DNA of 64,000 bases from Patescibacteria group bacterium. GTDB taxonomy: Bacteria; Patescibacteriota; Minisyncoccia; Phycocordibacterales; Phycocordibacteraceae. The stretch lies in the NCBI GenBank assembly GCA_040388985.1, contig JAZKAU010000002.1, positions 247,642 through 311,641 on the forward strand, in the 5' to 3' direction. A program made the position numbers and the translations under genes. Within the stretch, counting starts at the first letter, position 1; each line of letters starts with the position of its first letter. Below the pieces are notes generated by a model. That model did not search any database, was not told where the DNA came from, and saw nothing but the letters and a program-made list of their open reading frames with translations. This document shows positions 9,347 through 19,523 of the stretch, piece after piece.

Positions 9347-10915
9347 ATGAAACGTACTTTTCTCACTCTCCTTGTCGCCGTCTTATTCGTAAGCATTGTC
9401 ATACCGGCTTCCCTTACGTTCGCGAAGACGAGCACATCTAAGAAAACCCCACCGACAGCTTCCGTACAGGAACTGCAGGAGAAATATGCCGATGCGACCG
9501 GGAAGGATAAGATCCGTATTCTCGTGATGCCAGGCCATGAGCCTGATTTCGGCGGCGCTGTGTACCAGGGTGTCTATGAGCGCGAGATAGTGGTCGAGAC
9601 CGCTGACCAGCTCGCGAGCTACCTGGAGCAGAATCCGCGCTTCGAGGTGATCGTCGCGCGATCGAATACGGGATGGAATGAGGATCTCGCTGACTATTTC
9701 GATGGTCAGTGGAGCAAGATAGAGAAATTCGTGAACGATAAGAAGAAGGCGATGGCAAAGCTCATCAGTCGTGGTGACATCACGATGCGCAGCGAGGACG
9801 AGCAGGTCGATCACGCGACCGCGCCTACCGATTCCGCGCTCCGCCTGTATGGCATAAACAAGTGGGCGGATGAGAACGATATCGACTTGGTCGTGCATCT
9901 GCATATAAACGATACGACCGATCACGGACCCAGTGACCCGAGCGCGTATTCTGGCTACGCGGTATATGTTCCTGATTCGCAATACGGAAATAGTAAGACG
10001 AGCGAGGCGGTAGGGGAGGCGATAGCCAATCGCTTATCGACGATGAATGCGACGTCGACACTTCCTATCGAGAACCAAGGCGTCGTCGAGGACCAGCAGC
10101 TCATCGCTATTGGCGCGTACGACACGCTGTCCGTCCCGAGTATCCTTATCGAATATGCATACATAACCGAACCGAAGTTCAATCACCCGGAAGTCCGTCA
10201 GACCGTCACGAAGGACTATGCATACGAGACGTATCTGGGCATTCAGGATTTCTTCAAGGATCCAGTGATGGCAAAATATCCGACCGCATCTCTGCCGTAT
10301 ACCTTCACGGGAGCTACCGTTGGAACCTCGAGTCCACAGACGTATGCGCTCCAGGCGGCGCTTCACACGCTCGGCTTCTATCCCACCTACGCGTCTACGA
10401 CACCCGCGAATGTCCGTCTCGCGGCACCCACGCTCACGATGTGCCCAATCGACGGAGTTATGGGGTCGTGCACGACGGACGCGATAGAAGCGTTCCAGAT
10501 AGCCAAGGGAATCAAGACGACCGGTACGCTCGACCCTCAGACTCTTTACGCCCTCAACACGCTCTTCAGCGATCAGCCCGTGACACCGATACTTCCATCC
10601 GTGCCGGCAGTAACGACGACTACCGCTACGACGACATCAGTATCCGCAACTACTTCATGCTCGCTCCCGACCCACGACCTCGCCCTCAAAGCGACTGACA
10701 CCACGAGCGGCGGAGACGTATCGCGTCTTCAGAGACTTCTCTCGACAGACGCGACTCTCTACCCTGAGAAGCTCGTGACCGGCACCTTCGGTCCTGCGAC
10801 GCTCAAGGCCGTACAGAAGTTCCAGCTAACGAAAAAATTAGCGACGGAAGGTGCCGCAGGATACGGCCTCGTGGGCCCCAAGACGCGCTCAGCGCTCCAG
10901 ACGCTTTGCAAATAA
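9347..10915 (+). CDS. N-acetylmuramoyl-L-alanine amidase (Amidase_3-like) with two C-terminal PG_binding_1 domains
   Basis: Signal peptide. ILVMPGHEPDFGGAVYQG and VVHLHINDTT (cf. GHGG and SIHANA). C-terminal repeats of the peptidoglycan-binding type (GTLDPQTLYALN; TGTFGPATLKAVQKFQ). Confidence 0.75.
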   Translation: MKRTFLTLLVAVLFVSIVIPASLTFAKTSTSKKTPPTASVQELQEKYADATGKDKIRILVMPGHEPDFGGAVYQGVYEREIVVETADQLASYLEQNPRFEVIVARSNTGWNEDLADYFDGQWSKIEKFVNDKKKAMAKLISRGDITMRSEDEQVDHATAPTDSALRLYGINKWADENDIDLVVHLHINDTTDHGPSDPSAYSGYAVYVPDSQYGNSKTSEAVGEAIANRLSTMNATSTLPIENQGVVEDQQLIAIGAYDTLSVPSILIEYAYITEPKFNHPEVRQTVTKDYAYETYLGIQDFFKDPVMAKYPTASLPYTFTGATVGTSSPQTYALQAALHTLGFYPTYASTTPANVRLAAPTLTMCPIDGVMGSCTTDAIEAFQIAKGIKTTGTLDPQTLYALNTLFSDQPVTPILPSVPAVTTTTATTTSVSATTSCSLPTHDLALKATDTTSGGDVSRLQRLLSTDATLYPEKLVTGTFGPATLKAVQKFQLTKKLATEGAAGYGLVGPKTRSALQTLCK

Positions 10916-10980
10916 AAGGTTCCAAACCTACTACGCCAGCTAGAATGTTAGAATTTCAGCATGATTAACGAACCAGGCAA

Positions 10981-11613
10981 ATGAAAGTAAAACAGCACAT
11001 TTCGGGTGGAGACACCCGTTGTGTTCAAGCTGCATTTCGCATGGTAGTTGAAACACTGACAGGGAAGGACCCTGGAGCAGAAGCGGCAGACCAGATGACG
11101 GGATATATAGAAGGACGCGGCACTTGGCAGTTCAAGATGTTGTTAGCTTTCGCATCATACGGATTCGAAGTAGTTGATTATGAGAAAATGAATGTGAGGC
11201 ATTTCGTCGCTGACCCGGAAGGCGCGATCCGCGCACAAGTTGGCGATGAGGAATCAGCGCAGGGGATATTGATGGAGACAGATTTACTTTCTGAAAAAGA
11301 GGCACTGAAGGGGTGTTTGGAATTACCCCAAATTCAATTCATAGAATCTATACCGTCTTTTGAAGATCTGGAACAAGAGGTCAAGTTGGGGAAATTGGCA
11401 TTGGTTAATGTAAATCTAAGAATGCTGCAAAATACAGAAGGGCGAGAAGGGCACATGTTAATCGTCGAAGAAATAACTGATGACGAAGTTATCGTGGATG
11501 ATCCTGGGCCAGATGGTGGCCTTCGCATTGCGATAGGTCGATCGTTGTTCCGAAGGGCTTGGACTAGCCCTTCGGAAGCGATGGCTAACTTTATATCAGT
11601 GACTAAACCGTAG
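10981..11613 (+). CDS. putative papain-like cysteine peptidase (C39-like) domain protein
   Basis: Lower-GC 210-aa ORF with Cys14 (TRCVQAAF), a His (GHMLIVEEI) and a DDP triad-like arrangement. Weak call. Confidence 0.4.
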   Translation: MKVKQHISGGDTRCVQAAFRMVVETLTGKDPGAEAADQMTGYIEGRGTWQFKMLLAFASYGFEVVDYEKMNVRHFVADPEGAIRAQVGDEESAQGILMETDLLSEKEALKGCLELPQIQFIESIPSFEDLEQEVKLGKLALVNVNLRMLQNTEGREGHMLIVEEITDDEVIVDDPGPDGGLRIAIGRSLFRRAWTSPSEAMANFISVTKP

Positions 11614-11654
11614 GCTGAGCATATTAATTGAGTATGCTTCCGTTTACGAGGTAA

Positions 11655-11683
11655 GTTCGAATATCGTCCCAGACGGCCAGTAG
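11655..11683 (-). repeat. 29-bp repeat family, copy C (inverted relative to copy A)
   Basis: Reverse complement CTACTGGCCGTCTGGGACGATATTCGAAC, 27/29 identical to copy A. Confidence 0.6.
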
Positions 11684-11841
11684 AAAGCTCTTATGGGGCT
11701 TGCGCTATTAAATAGGGTATGGTAGTATCTATATAACCTCATGAGATGAGCTTTTTACGGCTTACTCATCTTTGGTGCTTCATTGTGCTAAGGATATTTT
11801 TACAACTAGGCCGTAAAAAATTCGCCTCATGAGAAAACAAG

Positions 11842-11867
11842 AAAGGCCGCCTGCAAGGGCGGCCTTT
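11842..11867. terminator. 10-bp perfect hairpin; possible bidirectional terminator
   Basis: AAAGGCCGCC tgcaag GGCGGCCTTT, followed by TTTCTT on the plus strand; the minus strand has a TTTCTTGTTTTCT tail. Confidence 0.4.
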
Positions 11868-11916
11868 CTTGTGCACAGATTACGGTTCGGGAAGAGCAGG
11901 CTATACTAAGCTTCTT

Positions 11917-13053
11917 ATGGACGCTAAATCGAAGAAGATACTGGGAGCTTTCAAGAAAGCCGGCGCACGCATCGAGACGAAGTCTCGGGTGAAGCTGAAG
12001 ACGAAAGAAGACCTCGCTCTTTTCTATACTCCGGGCGTGGGCGTCGCGAGCTCGTACCTGGCCGAACACCCGGAAGACGCTCGCGCGCTTTCCGTGAAAC
12101 GCAATTCGGTCGCCGTCGTCTCCGACGGCTCTGCCGTGCTCGGTCTCGGTAACATCGGCCCGTACGGCGCACTCCCGGTCATGGAAGGGAAGGCGCTCAT
12201 CTTCCGCGAGATGGCGGGCGTCGACGCGTGGCCTTTAGTGCTCGACACGCAGGACCCGGATGAGATCGTGCGCACCGTGCTTGCCATCGCGCCATCGTTC
12301 GGCGGCATCAATCTCGAAGACATCAAGGCGCCTGAGTGTTTCGACATCGAGAAACGGCTGAGTGACGCTCTCGATATCCCCGTCATGCATGACGATCAGC
12401 ATGGCACGGCCATCGTCGTGCTCGCGGGACTCATCAATGCAGCCAAGGTCGTAAAGAAGAATCTTAAGAAACTGAGAGTAGTCATAAGCGGTGCAGGAGC
12501 AGCCGGTACTGCCGTCGCGAAGCTCCTTGCGGCTAGCGGAGTCGAGGACATCATCGTGCTTGATCGCGGCGGCACTATCTATAACGGACGTCCGGATCTC
12601 AATCACTTTAAACAGGAACTCGCCGTGCTCACGAATCCCCGAGAACTCGCCGGGAGTCTTACGGATGCGCTCCTGGACAGCGACGTATTTATCGGCTTAT
12701 CAGGCCCCGGGCTCCTTACCCGCAAGCACATCCGCACGATGGCTCCGGGTGCTATCGTGTTCGGACTCTCGAATCCTATTCCCGAAATATTACCTAACGA
12801 GGCGCTTCTTGGCGGCGCCGCAGTGGTAGCAACCGGCCGCTCAGATTTCCCGAATCAGATAAATAATGCGCTCGTCTTTCCGGGCATCTTCCGTGGCGCG
12901 CTCGATAAGGGGGTAACGAAGATAACGCAGGAGACGAAGCTGCGTGCGGCGAGAGCGCTTGCCGCGCTTGTGCCGAAGCCGGGAGCGCAGAAGCTTCTCC
13001 CGGATATTTTTGATAAGAGGGTAGTCATCGCCGTTGCGAAGGCCGTACGCTAG
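11917..13053 (+). CDS. maeB-like: NAD(P)-dependent malic enzyme (short prokaryotic form)
   Basis: FYTPGVGV, VSDGSAVLGLGNIGPYGALPVMEGKALIF, HDDQHGTAIVVLAGLINA, SGAGAAGTAVAKLL (Rossmann). ATG at 11917; the TTG frame starts at 11869. Confidence 0.85.
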   Translation: MDAKSKKILGAFKKAGARIETKSRVKLKTKEDLALFYTPGVGVASSYLAEHPEDARALSVKRNSVAVVSDGSAVLGLGNIGPYGALPVMEGKALIFREMAGVDAWPLVLDTQDPDEIVRTVLAIAPSFGGINLEDIKAPECFDIEKRLSDALDIPVMHDDQHGTAIVVLAGLINAAKVVKKNLKKLRVVISGAGAAGTAVAKLLAASGVEDIIVLDRGGTIYNGRPDLNHFKQELAVLTNPRELAGSLTDALLDSDVFIGLSGPGLLTRKHIRTMAPGAIVFGLSNPIPEILPNEALLGGAAVVATGRSDFPNQINNALVFPGIFRGALDKGVTKITQETKLRAARALAALVPKPGAQKLLPDIFDKRVVIAVAKAVR

Positions 13054-13060
13054 GCGTATA

Positions 13061-13501
13061 TCAGTCGCGCTGCACCGCTCGGCGCACCCGTTCGAAGACG
13101 CCTGCGAACCACGCACGATCTTTCGCATTCCCGGTCTCGGCCGCGACATTCCGAAGCGACACCCACCTGGCCGCTTCTATCTCGAGCGTCGGAGAGAGTA
13201 CCGGGTCCTGCGGCGCGTTGAAGAGGAACATGTGTATCTCCTTCATCACCTCTATGTTGTCCGTGCCGTCAGGTTTCATCTGGTAGCGCTCATAGGTTCC
13301 GAGGTCGTCGAGGTATTCGAGATCATCGAGACCTGTCTCCTCATGTATCTCGCGCCTGGCGGCTTCTTCGGCGGTCTCGTCTTCTTCGAGACGACCTTTG
13401 GGGAAAAGCCATGCATTACCTCCATCGCCATGGTGCCGCACCATGGCGATGGTACCGGAGGGTCCGATGACGATACCTCCTGCACTGCGACTGCGTATCA
13501 T
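13061..13501 (-). CDS. NUDIX hydrolase
   Basis: Nudix box GRLEEDETAEEAARREIHEETGL. ATG at 13501, abutting the stop of the upstream gene. Confidence 0.8.
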   Translation of the reverse strand: MIRSRSAGGIVIGPSGTIAMVRHHGDGGNAWLFPKGRLEEDETAEEAARREIHEETGLDDLEYLDDLGTYERYQMKPDGTDNIEVMKEIHMFLFNAPQDPVLSPTLEIEAARWVSLRNVAAETGNAKDRAWFAGVFERVRRAVQRD

Positions 13502-13505
13502 GGCC

Positions 13506-13889
13506 TTAGGCCCGCTTAGAGTCTCCGGCTGGAGTTGGCAGGAAGGCAAGCGACAAGGTCGCAAACGCCAGAGCAACATCCCTGAAGAGGACAGACAGGT
13601 CGGACAGATTGAAGAGCACGATACCCAGAAGAAGGATGGTCATGACTATGGCCGGAACCCGCAGCCGCTTCCCGGAAAGGATCCAGAGGGCAAGGACGAC
13701 TTCGAGCACGCCGAAGGCGTGCAACAGTATCGTGGTATCTATCGGAAGCGCGGACACGAATCGCGGGAAGTAGCTCGCCCAGGAGACCGGGTCACTGATC
13801 GCAGCGATGGGCGGATAGATGAAGGCGAAGGCAACGCCCAGGCGCAGTAGCAGGAATCCGGTCGTGTAGGGAATGGGTGTGGGGGACAT
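13506..13889 (-). CDS. DoxX-family membrane protein
   Basis: Four predicted TM helices and an LLRLGVAFAFIY DoxX-like N-terminus; start MSPTPIPYTTGF at 13889. Confidence 0.55.
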   Translation of the reverse strand: MSPTPIPYTTGFLLLRLGVAFAFIYPPIAAISDPVSWASYFPRFVSALPIDTTILLHAFGVLEVVLALWILSGKRLRVPAIVMTILLLGIVLFNLSDLSVLFRDVALAFATLSLAFLPTPAGDSKRA

Positions 13890-13914
13890 AGGCACGAGCA
13901 ATGATCGATGCTGC

Positions 13915-14406
13915 TTAACTACCCGTCACGACCACTGTTCCTTGATCGGACGCATGGACGTGATTGTGATAGGTCCAGCTGCCGCTCTTGCCGAAGGTGA
14001 AGCTGAAGCTCCCGCCGTTTAGGGTAGCCGTACATTCGTCGAAGACCGTAGCTGAGTCAGGAGCGTTATTCGCGCAGTGGTCGCTTGCGGATGTACCGTC
14101 GTATAGCGTGTGTGAAGGATGATTGCCGCTCGCGACCCACATCTTGCCGGAGCTTTGATTCACCCACGTGACCGTTGCGCCTTCAGTAACCGTTATGGAG
14201 CTTGGCGAGAAGCCGCTGTCGGTATACGTGATGACTTGCGAAGCGCCGGTAGCGCCTACGGACGCATTTCCTAATCCAGTCTGAGTAGTGGCAGTAGTGG
14301 TAGCCGTTTCACTCGGCACCACAGCCGAATGATTGTGCGAAGAGAGAACGAAGGCCGCGATAATGATGATCACTGCCACGATTACTATCCAAAGAGTTTT
14401 CTGCAT
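13915..14406 (-). CDS. membrane-anchored cupredoxin-like protein
   Basis: TM anchor, then ITVTEGATVTWVNQSS ... HTLY ... YHNHVH...GTVVV copper-binding-like pattern. ATG at 14406. Confidence 0.6.
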   Translation of the reverse strand: MQKTLWIVIVAVIIIIAAFVLSSHNHSAVVPSETATTTATTQTGLGNASVGATGASQVITYTDSGFSPSSITVTEGATVTWVNQSSGKMWVASGNHPSHTLYDGTSASDHCANNAPDSATVFDECTATLNGGSFSFTFGKSGSWTYHNHVHASDQGTVVVTGS

Positions 14407-14455
14407 ATGCTCAGGGGGTTGGTTAGGGTATGAGAACAGTGTACCAAGAATATAG

Positions 14456-15073
14456 CTACGTCTTGTGCACAACTGCCACGCCTTCGTAATTATAGATAAG
14501 AGGTTCTCCCTTCTCGTGAGAATACGCGGCTTTGGCAAGCATGAAGCCCGATTGTTCGATCAAGGCATGAATGTCTCGATCGTAGTGGCAATTGCCTGTG
14601 AAATGCCGGGTGAGCCAGGTATAGACCTTTTGTGCCGTGTGCTTGAAACGCCGAGGAGATTTTCCATGCTCCATGAAGATGAATCTTCCGCCCGGGCGAA
14701 GTACCCGCCAGACTTCATGAAGCGCTTTCGCCGGATCCTTCACACTGCATAACACCCAGATAGATACGACGGTATCGACCGCATGATCAGGAAGAGGAAT
14801 ATCTTCAGCGCTAGCCTGGAGAAATTCGACACGGACTCCAACCTCCTGCGACTTCGCACGCGCGATCTGGAGCAGCTTCTCTGAAGGTTCAAGCGCATAA
14901 AGCTTAGCGATATCGGAATACAAGGGCAGACTGTATCCGGGCCCCACCCCGATCTCGAGTACAATGCCAGCAGCTTCTGCGATAACCTCTCGTCTGCATT
15001 CTTGCAGCTTCTCGGCACCCATATCCTTTTGCACGAGGTGCGGGATCACGTTTCGCGCGTACCACTTCTTCAT
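14456..15073 (-). CDS. class I SAM-dependent methyltransferase
   Basis: Motif I VLEIGVGPGYSL; post-I acidic residue; VLRPGGRFIFMEH motif. Confidence 0.8.
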   Translation of the reverse strand: MKKWYARNVIPHLVQKDMGAEKLQECRREVIAEAAGIVLEIGVGPGYSLPLYSDIAKLYALEPSEKLLQIARAKSQEVGVRVEFLQASAEDIPLPDHAVDTVVSIWVLCSVKDPAKALHEVWRVLRPGGRFIFMEHGKSPRRFKHTAQKVYTWLTRHFTGNCHYDRDIHALIEQSGFMLAKAAYSHEKGEPLIYNYEGVAVVHKT

Positions 15074-15251
15074 ATAGTTACTCTAGCGCCGGTTGTTCCG
15101 GCAAATGAAGAGATAGTGGCTGGATATGAAGGAACCTTGTTTAGAAAGATTTCATCCCCTCAGAATCTCAGACAAACCATCAAGAACTTCATAGCGGAAA
15201 ATCACGAGCTGCGGCCAGCTTCCAGGAAGAATATATGATATTGTTTCTGCA

Positions 15252-18200
15252 ATGACCGTAATTTCCAAGAAGGGGACTCGTGCAGCCCTTTTCGTGAGTT
15301 TCGTTCTCGCATGTTTCTTGTCCCACGCTTCCTTGTCGCAAGCTGCCACCTACTACGTAGACTCGGTCGGGGGAAGCGACGGTAATGCGGGAACATCTAC
15401 CGGCGCGCCATGGCAAACGCTCAGCAAGATCGCCAGCTCGACGTTTAGCGGCGGCGATTCCGTGCTCCTAAAGGCTGGCGACGTATGGCGCGAATCGCTC
15501 ATCTTCCCGTCGTCCGGTACGAGCGGGAATCCGATAACTATCGGCAAATACGGCAGCGGCGCGAACCCGGTCCTGAACGGCTCTGATATCCTGCCGAACG
15601 CGAACTTCACCGTGTATGACGCGCCTAATAACACGTACCAGATCCCGATGACGGTAGAAGGGAACGGCGTCGCCGCAGTCTGGGAGAATGGCGCTCGATT
15701 GACCTTGGCCGTGAGTCTTGCTGCTGCGACCTCCACTCCGGGAAGCGTGTTCTATAACACCACCACGCACATCATGTATGTGCACTCTGCGAATGCCTCG
15801 CCGAATGTCATAACGAACGGGCTCACGTATGAAGGAACGAAGCGCGGAAATGTCGCCTACGATAACGGGAATAGCTGGCTCATCTGGCAGGACCTTGAGA
15901 TAGACAAGGGCTTCACTAACCTCTCTGCTCATCTCGTCGCCGGTAACAATAATATCGTTCGTCGCGTGAACTACTACGAGAATGCGAACCATCACCTGGG
16001 CTTCTACGGGTCAAATAATCTCGGCGAGGACCTGTATGGAGAGAATGATGCCGGAGGCTCGTTCCTCTTCTATGGTCCGTCATCGCACGACAATATATTT
16101 CGCCGCATTCAGTCGGTAGCGAACATCGCCACGCTTGGTCCGGCAGTGCAGGCTCATGGAGGGTCATACAATAATATTGTTGAAGATTCATTACTTACCT
16201 CTTCGGTCACGCCATCGAGCCAGACGGCAGCGATCGGCCTTTCCGCTGACGCAGGCACGTCGATCATCGCGCGCAGGAACAAGATCATGGGCAAATGGAC
16301 GTTCGCATTCGGTATGAATTCCGGGGCAGGAATCAATTCCGAATTCTATGACAACGTGATCGACGGCAGTCAGTTCATCACCCGAGCCATAAGCCTTACC
16401 AGTACCGGGGCGACTGGGTTAAAGATATATAACAACACGTATTACACATCTGGCACTCAGGATTTCTTCGGCGTTGATGCGAGCGGCTCAGCCGAAGTGA
16501 GGAATAATATTGTGTATGTCAGCAGCTCGGGCTTCTACGTGTTCATAGGTTCAGCATCGAGTACCGTCTTCAGTAACAACGAATACTTCGGATCTTCGCG
16601 CACTAACGCATTCGGTGCGGTAAGCGGCAACAAGACATTCTTGCAATGGCAGGCTCTTGGCTACGACACGAATAGCCAGCTGGCGAATCCATTGTTCGTA
16701 AGTTCGACCAGCCCGTCTATTGATCTGAGCTTGCAGCCAGGGTCTCCCGCGATCGATGTCGGGACGAACTTCGGTTCTCCGTATAACCTGGCGCTCTCAG
16801 CATCTACGACATGGCCGTCGAATATCGTAACGTTGAATCAGAACAGTTATGGCGCGGGCTGGGAACGCGGCGCGTATGTCTATGGCGGCGCGAGCGCGCT
16901 CTCGGTCGCCATGGCGTCGCCTTCGAGCGGCGCTACGGTCGCTTCCACGACGACCATCTCTGCGACCGCGACCGCAAGCAGTCCGGCGACCATCTCCTCC
17001 GTGCAGTTCTATCTCGACGGCAGCACGCTCGGCGCGCCGGTGACGAGTACCACGTCCCCGAATACCTACTCATATGCGTGGAACACCACGGCTGCCACCG
17101 ATGGCGCACACACGCTCTATGCCGTCGCCACGAATGATAGTGCGAATGCCACTACTTCTCCGTCCATAAGCGTGACGGTCGATAATACGGCCCCGGTCAT
17201 CTCCGCGATCGCTTCTTCCACCACGCAGACCGGCGCCACGATCACGTGGACCACCAACGAGTCTTCCGATTCCCGCGTCGATTTCGGACTGACCTCGTCG
17301 TATGGGACAGCCTCCAGCTCAGTTGCTACGAGCACCAGTCATTCCATAACGCTTTCGGGTCTCACCGCCTCGACCCTCTATCACTTCCGCGTACAGAGTA
17401 CGGACGCGACGAGTCATGCCGCTACGTCTTCGGACCTCACGTTCACCACTGCCGCAGTACCCGATACCACGCCCCCGATCATCTCTTCTATCGCGTCCTC
17501 GACCACGCAGACTGGCGCGACCGTAACGTGGACTACGAACGAAGGCTCCGACTCCCGCGTCGACTACGGCACCAGCAGTTCCTACGGCACCGCTTCGACT
17601 TCCGCAGCTCTCCTTACGTCACATTCGATCACGTTGAGCGGTCTCACCGCCTCCACGCTGTATCACTTCCGCGTACAGAGTACGGACGCTTCAAGCAATG
17701 TCGCGACCTCGTCAGATCTGACCTTTACCACCACTGCCGTGCCGGATACCACGCCGCCGGTCATATCCTCTATAGCGTCTTCTACGAGCCAGACAAGCGC
17801 GACGATAAGCTGGACGACTAATGAAGCCGCGAACTCCCAGGTTGATTACGGCACTACCGCTTCCTACGGCACGGCATCGACCTCAGCAGCCTTCAGTACG
17901 AGTCATTCGCTGACCCTCACCGGTCTCACCGCGTCGACCCTCTATCATTTCCGTGTGCAAAGCGTCGATGCATCGAGTAATGTGGCGACTTCTTCGGACC
18001 TGACGTTCACGACAACGGCGGTTCCGGACACTACCGCGCCTCTCATATCCGGTATCAGCTCTTCCACCGGTCAGACATCTGCCGTAATCACGTGGACTAC
18101 CGACGAGTCTTCTGATTCCCGCGTCGATTTCGGCGGCAGTTCGTCATACGGCACAGCTTCCACTTCAGCAGCGCTTACGACCTCGCACTCCCTCACCCTC

Positions 18201-19520
18201 ACCGGACTCACCGCATCCACCACCTACCATTTCCGCGTACAGAGTGCCGATGTTGCGAATAATATAGCCACGTCCTCAGACAAGACATTTACCACTGCCG
18301 CAGTACCCGACACCACGCCCCCAGTCATCTCCGCTATAGCGTCCTCAACAACTCAGACCGGCGCTACCATCTCGTGGACCACGAACGAAGCCTCCGACTC
18401 TCGTGTCGACTACGGTCTTACTTCGTCCTATGGAACCGCCTCTACGTCAGCAGCGCTCGGGACCTCTCATTCGATATCGCTATCGGGCCTCACTCCTTCG
18501 ACTACCTATCACTTCCGTATACGAAGTACCGATGCGTCGAGCAACACGGCAACGTCGTCAGCCGCAACCTTCACGACTGCCACGACTCCTGACACTACGG
18601 CTCCCGTAATCTCGGCCATTGCCGCGTCTGCAGACAGTTCTACCGCTACGATCACCTGGAGCACCGACGAGGCAGCTACCTCTCAAGTCGAGTACGGGAC
18701 GAGCACTTCGTATTCCGCGAGCTCTACGCTCGACGCGTCGCTGGTCACGAGCCACTCGGTGACCCTCACCGATTTGGCTTCAGGCATTACATATCACTAT
18801 CGCGTCCTCTCGTCCGACGCATCCGCTAATCTCGCGACTTCGAGCGACCAGACGTTCGACACCGAATCAGCTTCGAGCGGCTCGTCACACCACTCATCCC
18901 ACTCGAATCACGAGAGTTCTGATACGCCTAGCTCACCTGGGGATTCTACGACTACGACCACTACTACTACGAGTACCTCGACTACGACCGCTCCTACCGT
19001 ATCGTTCATCCGTGACCTGACGCTTGGCGCGACGGGAGACGATGTACGCGCGCTGCAGGAGTTCCTCTTAGCGCACGGCTTCTCGATTCCTGCGGGAGCT
19101 ACCGGATACTTCGGACTGCAGACTAAGGCTGCGCTCGCCGCATTCCAGGCAGCGAGTGGCATCGTACCTTCAGTAGGGTACTTCGGACCGCTTACCCGGG
19201 CCTTCATAGCCGCTGGAACGGTATCTCTTCCTGTAACGAATCCTACTGGCACTGCGGTGACCCCTGCAACACCACTTCCAACATCCGTTTCCGGATTCGT
19301 CTTTACACGCCCGCTGTTCCTTGGGGACACCGGTGCCGACGTCATCGCGCTCCAGACCATACTTCAGGCAAAAGGGTTCTATACCTATCCGGTCATTACG
19401 GGATACTACGGACAAGTCACGCTCCAAGCTGTTGCCGACTTCCAGCGCTCCGTCGGACTCGATCATCTGGGATATGTGGGGCCTGCGACGAGGGGAGTAT
19501 TGAATACACTCACGCACTAA
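15252..19520 (+). CDS. giant secreted surface protein: right-handed beta-helix, Ig-like domain, 6 tandem Fn3-like repeats, Thr/Ser linker, 2 C-terminal PG_binding_1 domains
   Basis: 1422 aa with a signal peptide and a beta-helix/pectate-lyase-like N-terminal region. Six ~95-aa repeats (DTTPPVISAIASSTTQTGATITWTT...LYHFRVQS). C-terminal GATGYFGLQTKAALAAFQ and TGYYGQVTLQAVADFQ peptidoglycan-binding repeats. Confidence 0.85.
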   Translation: MTVISKKGTRAALFVSFVLACFLSHASLSQAATYYVDSVGGSDGNAGTSTGAPWQTLSKIASSTFSGGDSVLLKAGDVWRESLIFPSSGTSGNPITIGKYGSGANPVLNGSDILPNANFTVYDAPNNTYQIPMTVEGNGVAAVWENGARLTLAVSLAAATSTPGSVFYNTTTHIMYVHSANASPNVITNGLTYEGTKRGNVAYDNGNSWLIWQDLEIDKGFTNLSAHLVAGNNNIVRRVNYYENANHHLGFYGSNNLGEDLYGENDAGGSFLFYGPSSHDNIFRRIQSVANIATLGPAVQAHGGSYNNIVEDSLLTSSVTPSSQTAAIGLSADAGTSIIARRNKIMGKWTFAFGMNSGAGINSEFYDNVIDGSQFITRAISLTSTGATGLKIYNNTYYTSGTQDFFGVDASGSAEVRNNIVYVSSSGFYVFIGSASSTVFSNNEYFGSSRTNAFGAVSGNKTFLQWQALGYDTNSQLANPLFVSSTSPSIDLSLQPGSPAIDVGTNFGSPYNLALSASTTWPSNIVTLNQNSYGAGWERGAYVYGGASALSVAMASPSSGATVASTTTISATATASSPATISSVQFYLDGSTLGAPVTSTTSPNTYSYAWNTTAATDGAHTLYAVATNDSANATTSPSISVTVDNTAPVISAIASSTTQTGATITWTTNESSDSRVDFGLTSSYGTASSSVATSTSHSITLSGLTASTLYHFRVQSTDATSHAATSSDLTFTTAAVPDTTPPIISSIASSTTQTGATVTWTTNEGSDSRVDYGTSSSYGTASTSAALLTSHSITLSGLTASTLYHFRVQSTDASSNVATSSDLTFTTTAVPDTTPPVISSIASSTSQTSATISWTTNEAANSQVDYGTTASYGTASTSAAFSTSHSLTLTGLTASTLYHFRVQSVDASSNVATSSDLTFTTTAVPDTTAPLISGISSSTGQTSAVITWTTDESSDSRVDFGGSSSYGTASTSAALTTSHSLTLTGLTASTTYHFRVQSADVANNIATSSDKTFTTAAVPDTTPPVISAIASSTTQTGATISWTTNEASDSRVDYGLTSSYGTASTSAALGTSHSISLSGLTPSTTYHFRIRSTDASSNTATSSAATFTTATTPDTTAPVISAIAASADSSTATITWSTDEAATSQVEYGTSTSYSASSTLDASLVTSHSVTLTDLASGITYHYRVLSSDASANLATSSDQTFDTESASSGSSHHSSHSNHESSDTPSSPGDSTTTTTTTTSTSTTTAPTVSFIRDLTLGATGDDVRALQEFLLAHGFSIPAGATGYFGLQTKAALAAFQAASGIVPSVGYFGPLTRAFIAAGTVSLPVTNPTGTAVTPATPLPTSVSGFVFTRPLFLGDTGADVIALQTILQAKGFYTYPVITGYYGQVTLQAVADFQRSVGLDHLGYVGPATRGVLNTLTH
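17181..18870 (+). repeat. ~285-bp tandem repeat x6 inside the giant surface-protein gene (Fn3-like module array)
   Basis: Near-identical amino-acid blocks, with near-identical DNA between adjacent copies. Confidence 0.8.
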
Positions 19521-19523
19521 GAT

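Noticed and set aside
9383-9982. 199-aa ORF antisense to the amidase gene
   Set aside because: Shadow ORF.
13034-13519. Plus-strand ORF overlapping the NUDIX gene
   Set aside because: The Nudix box is on the minus strand.
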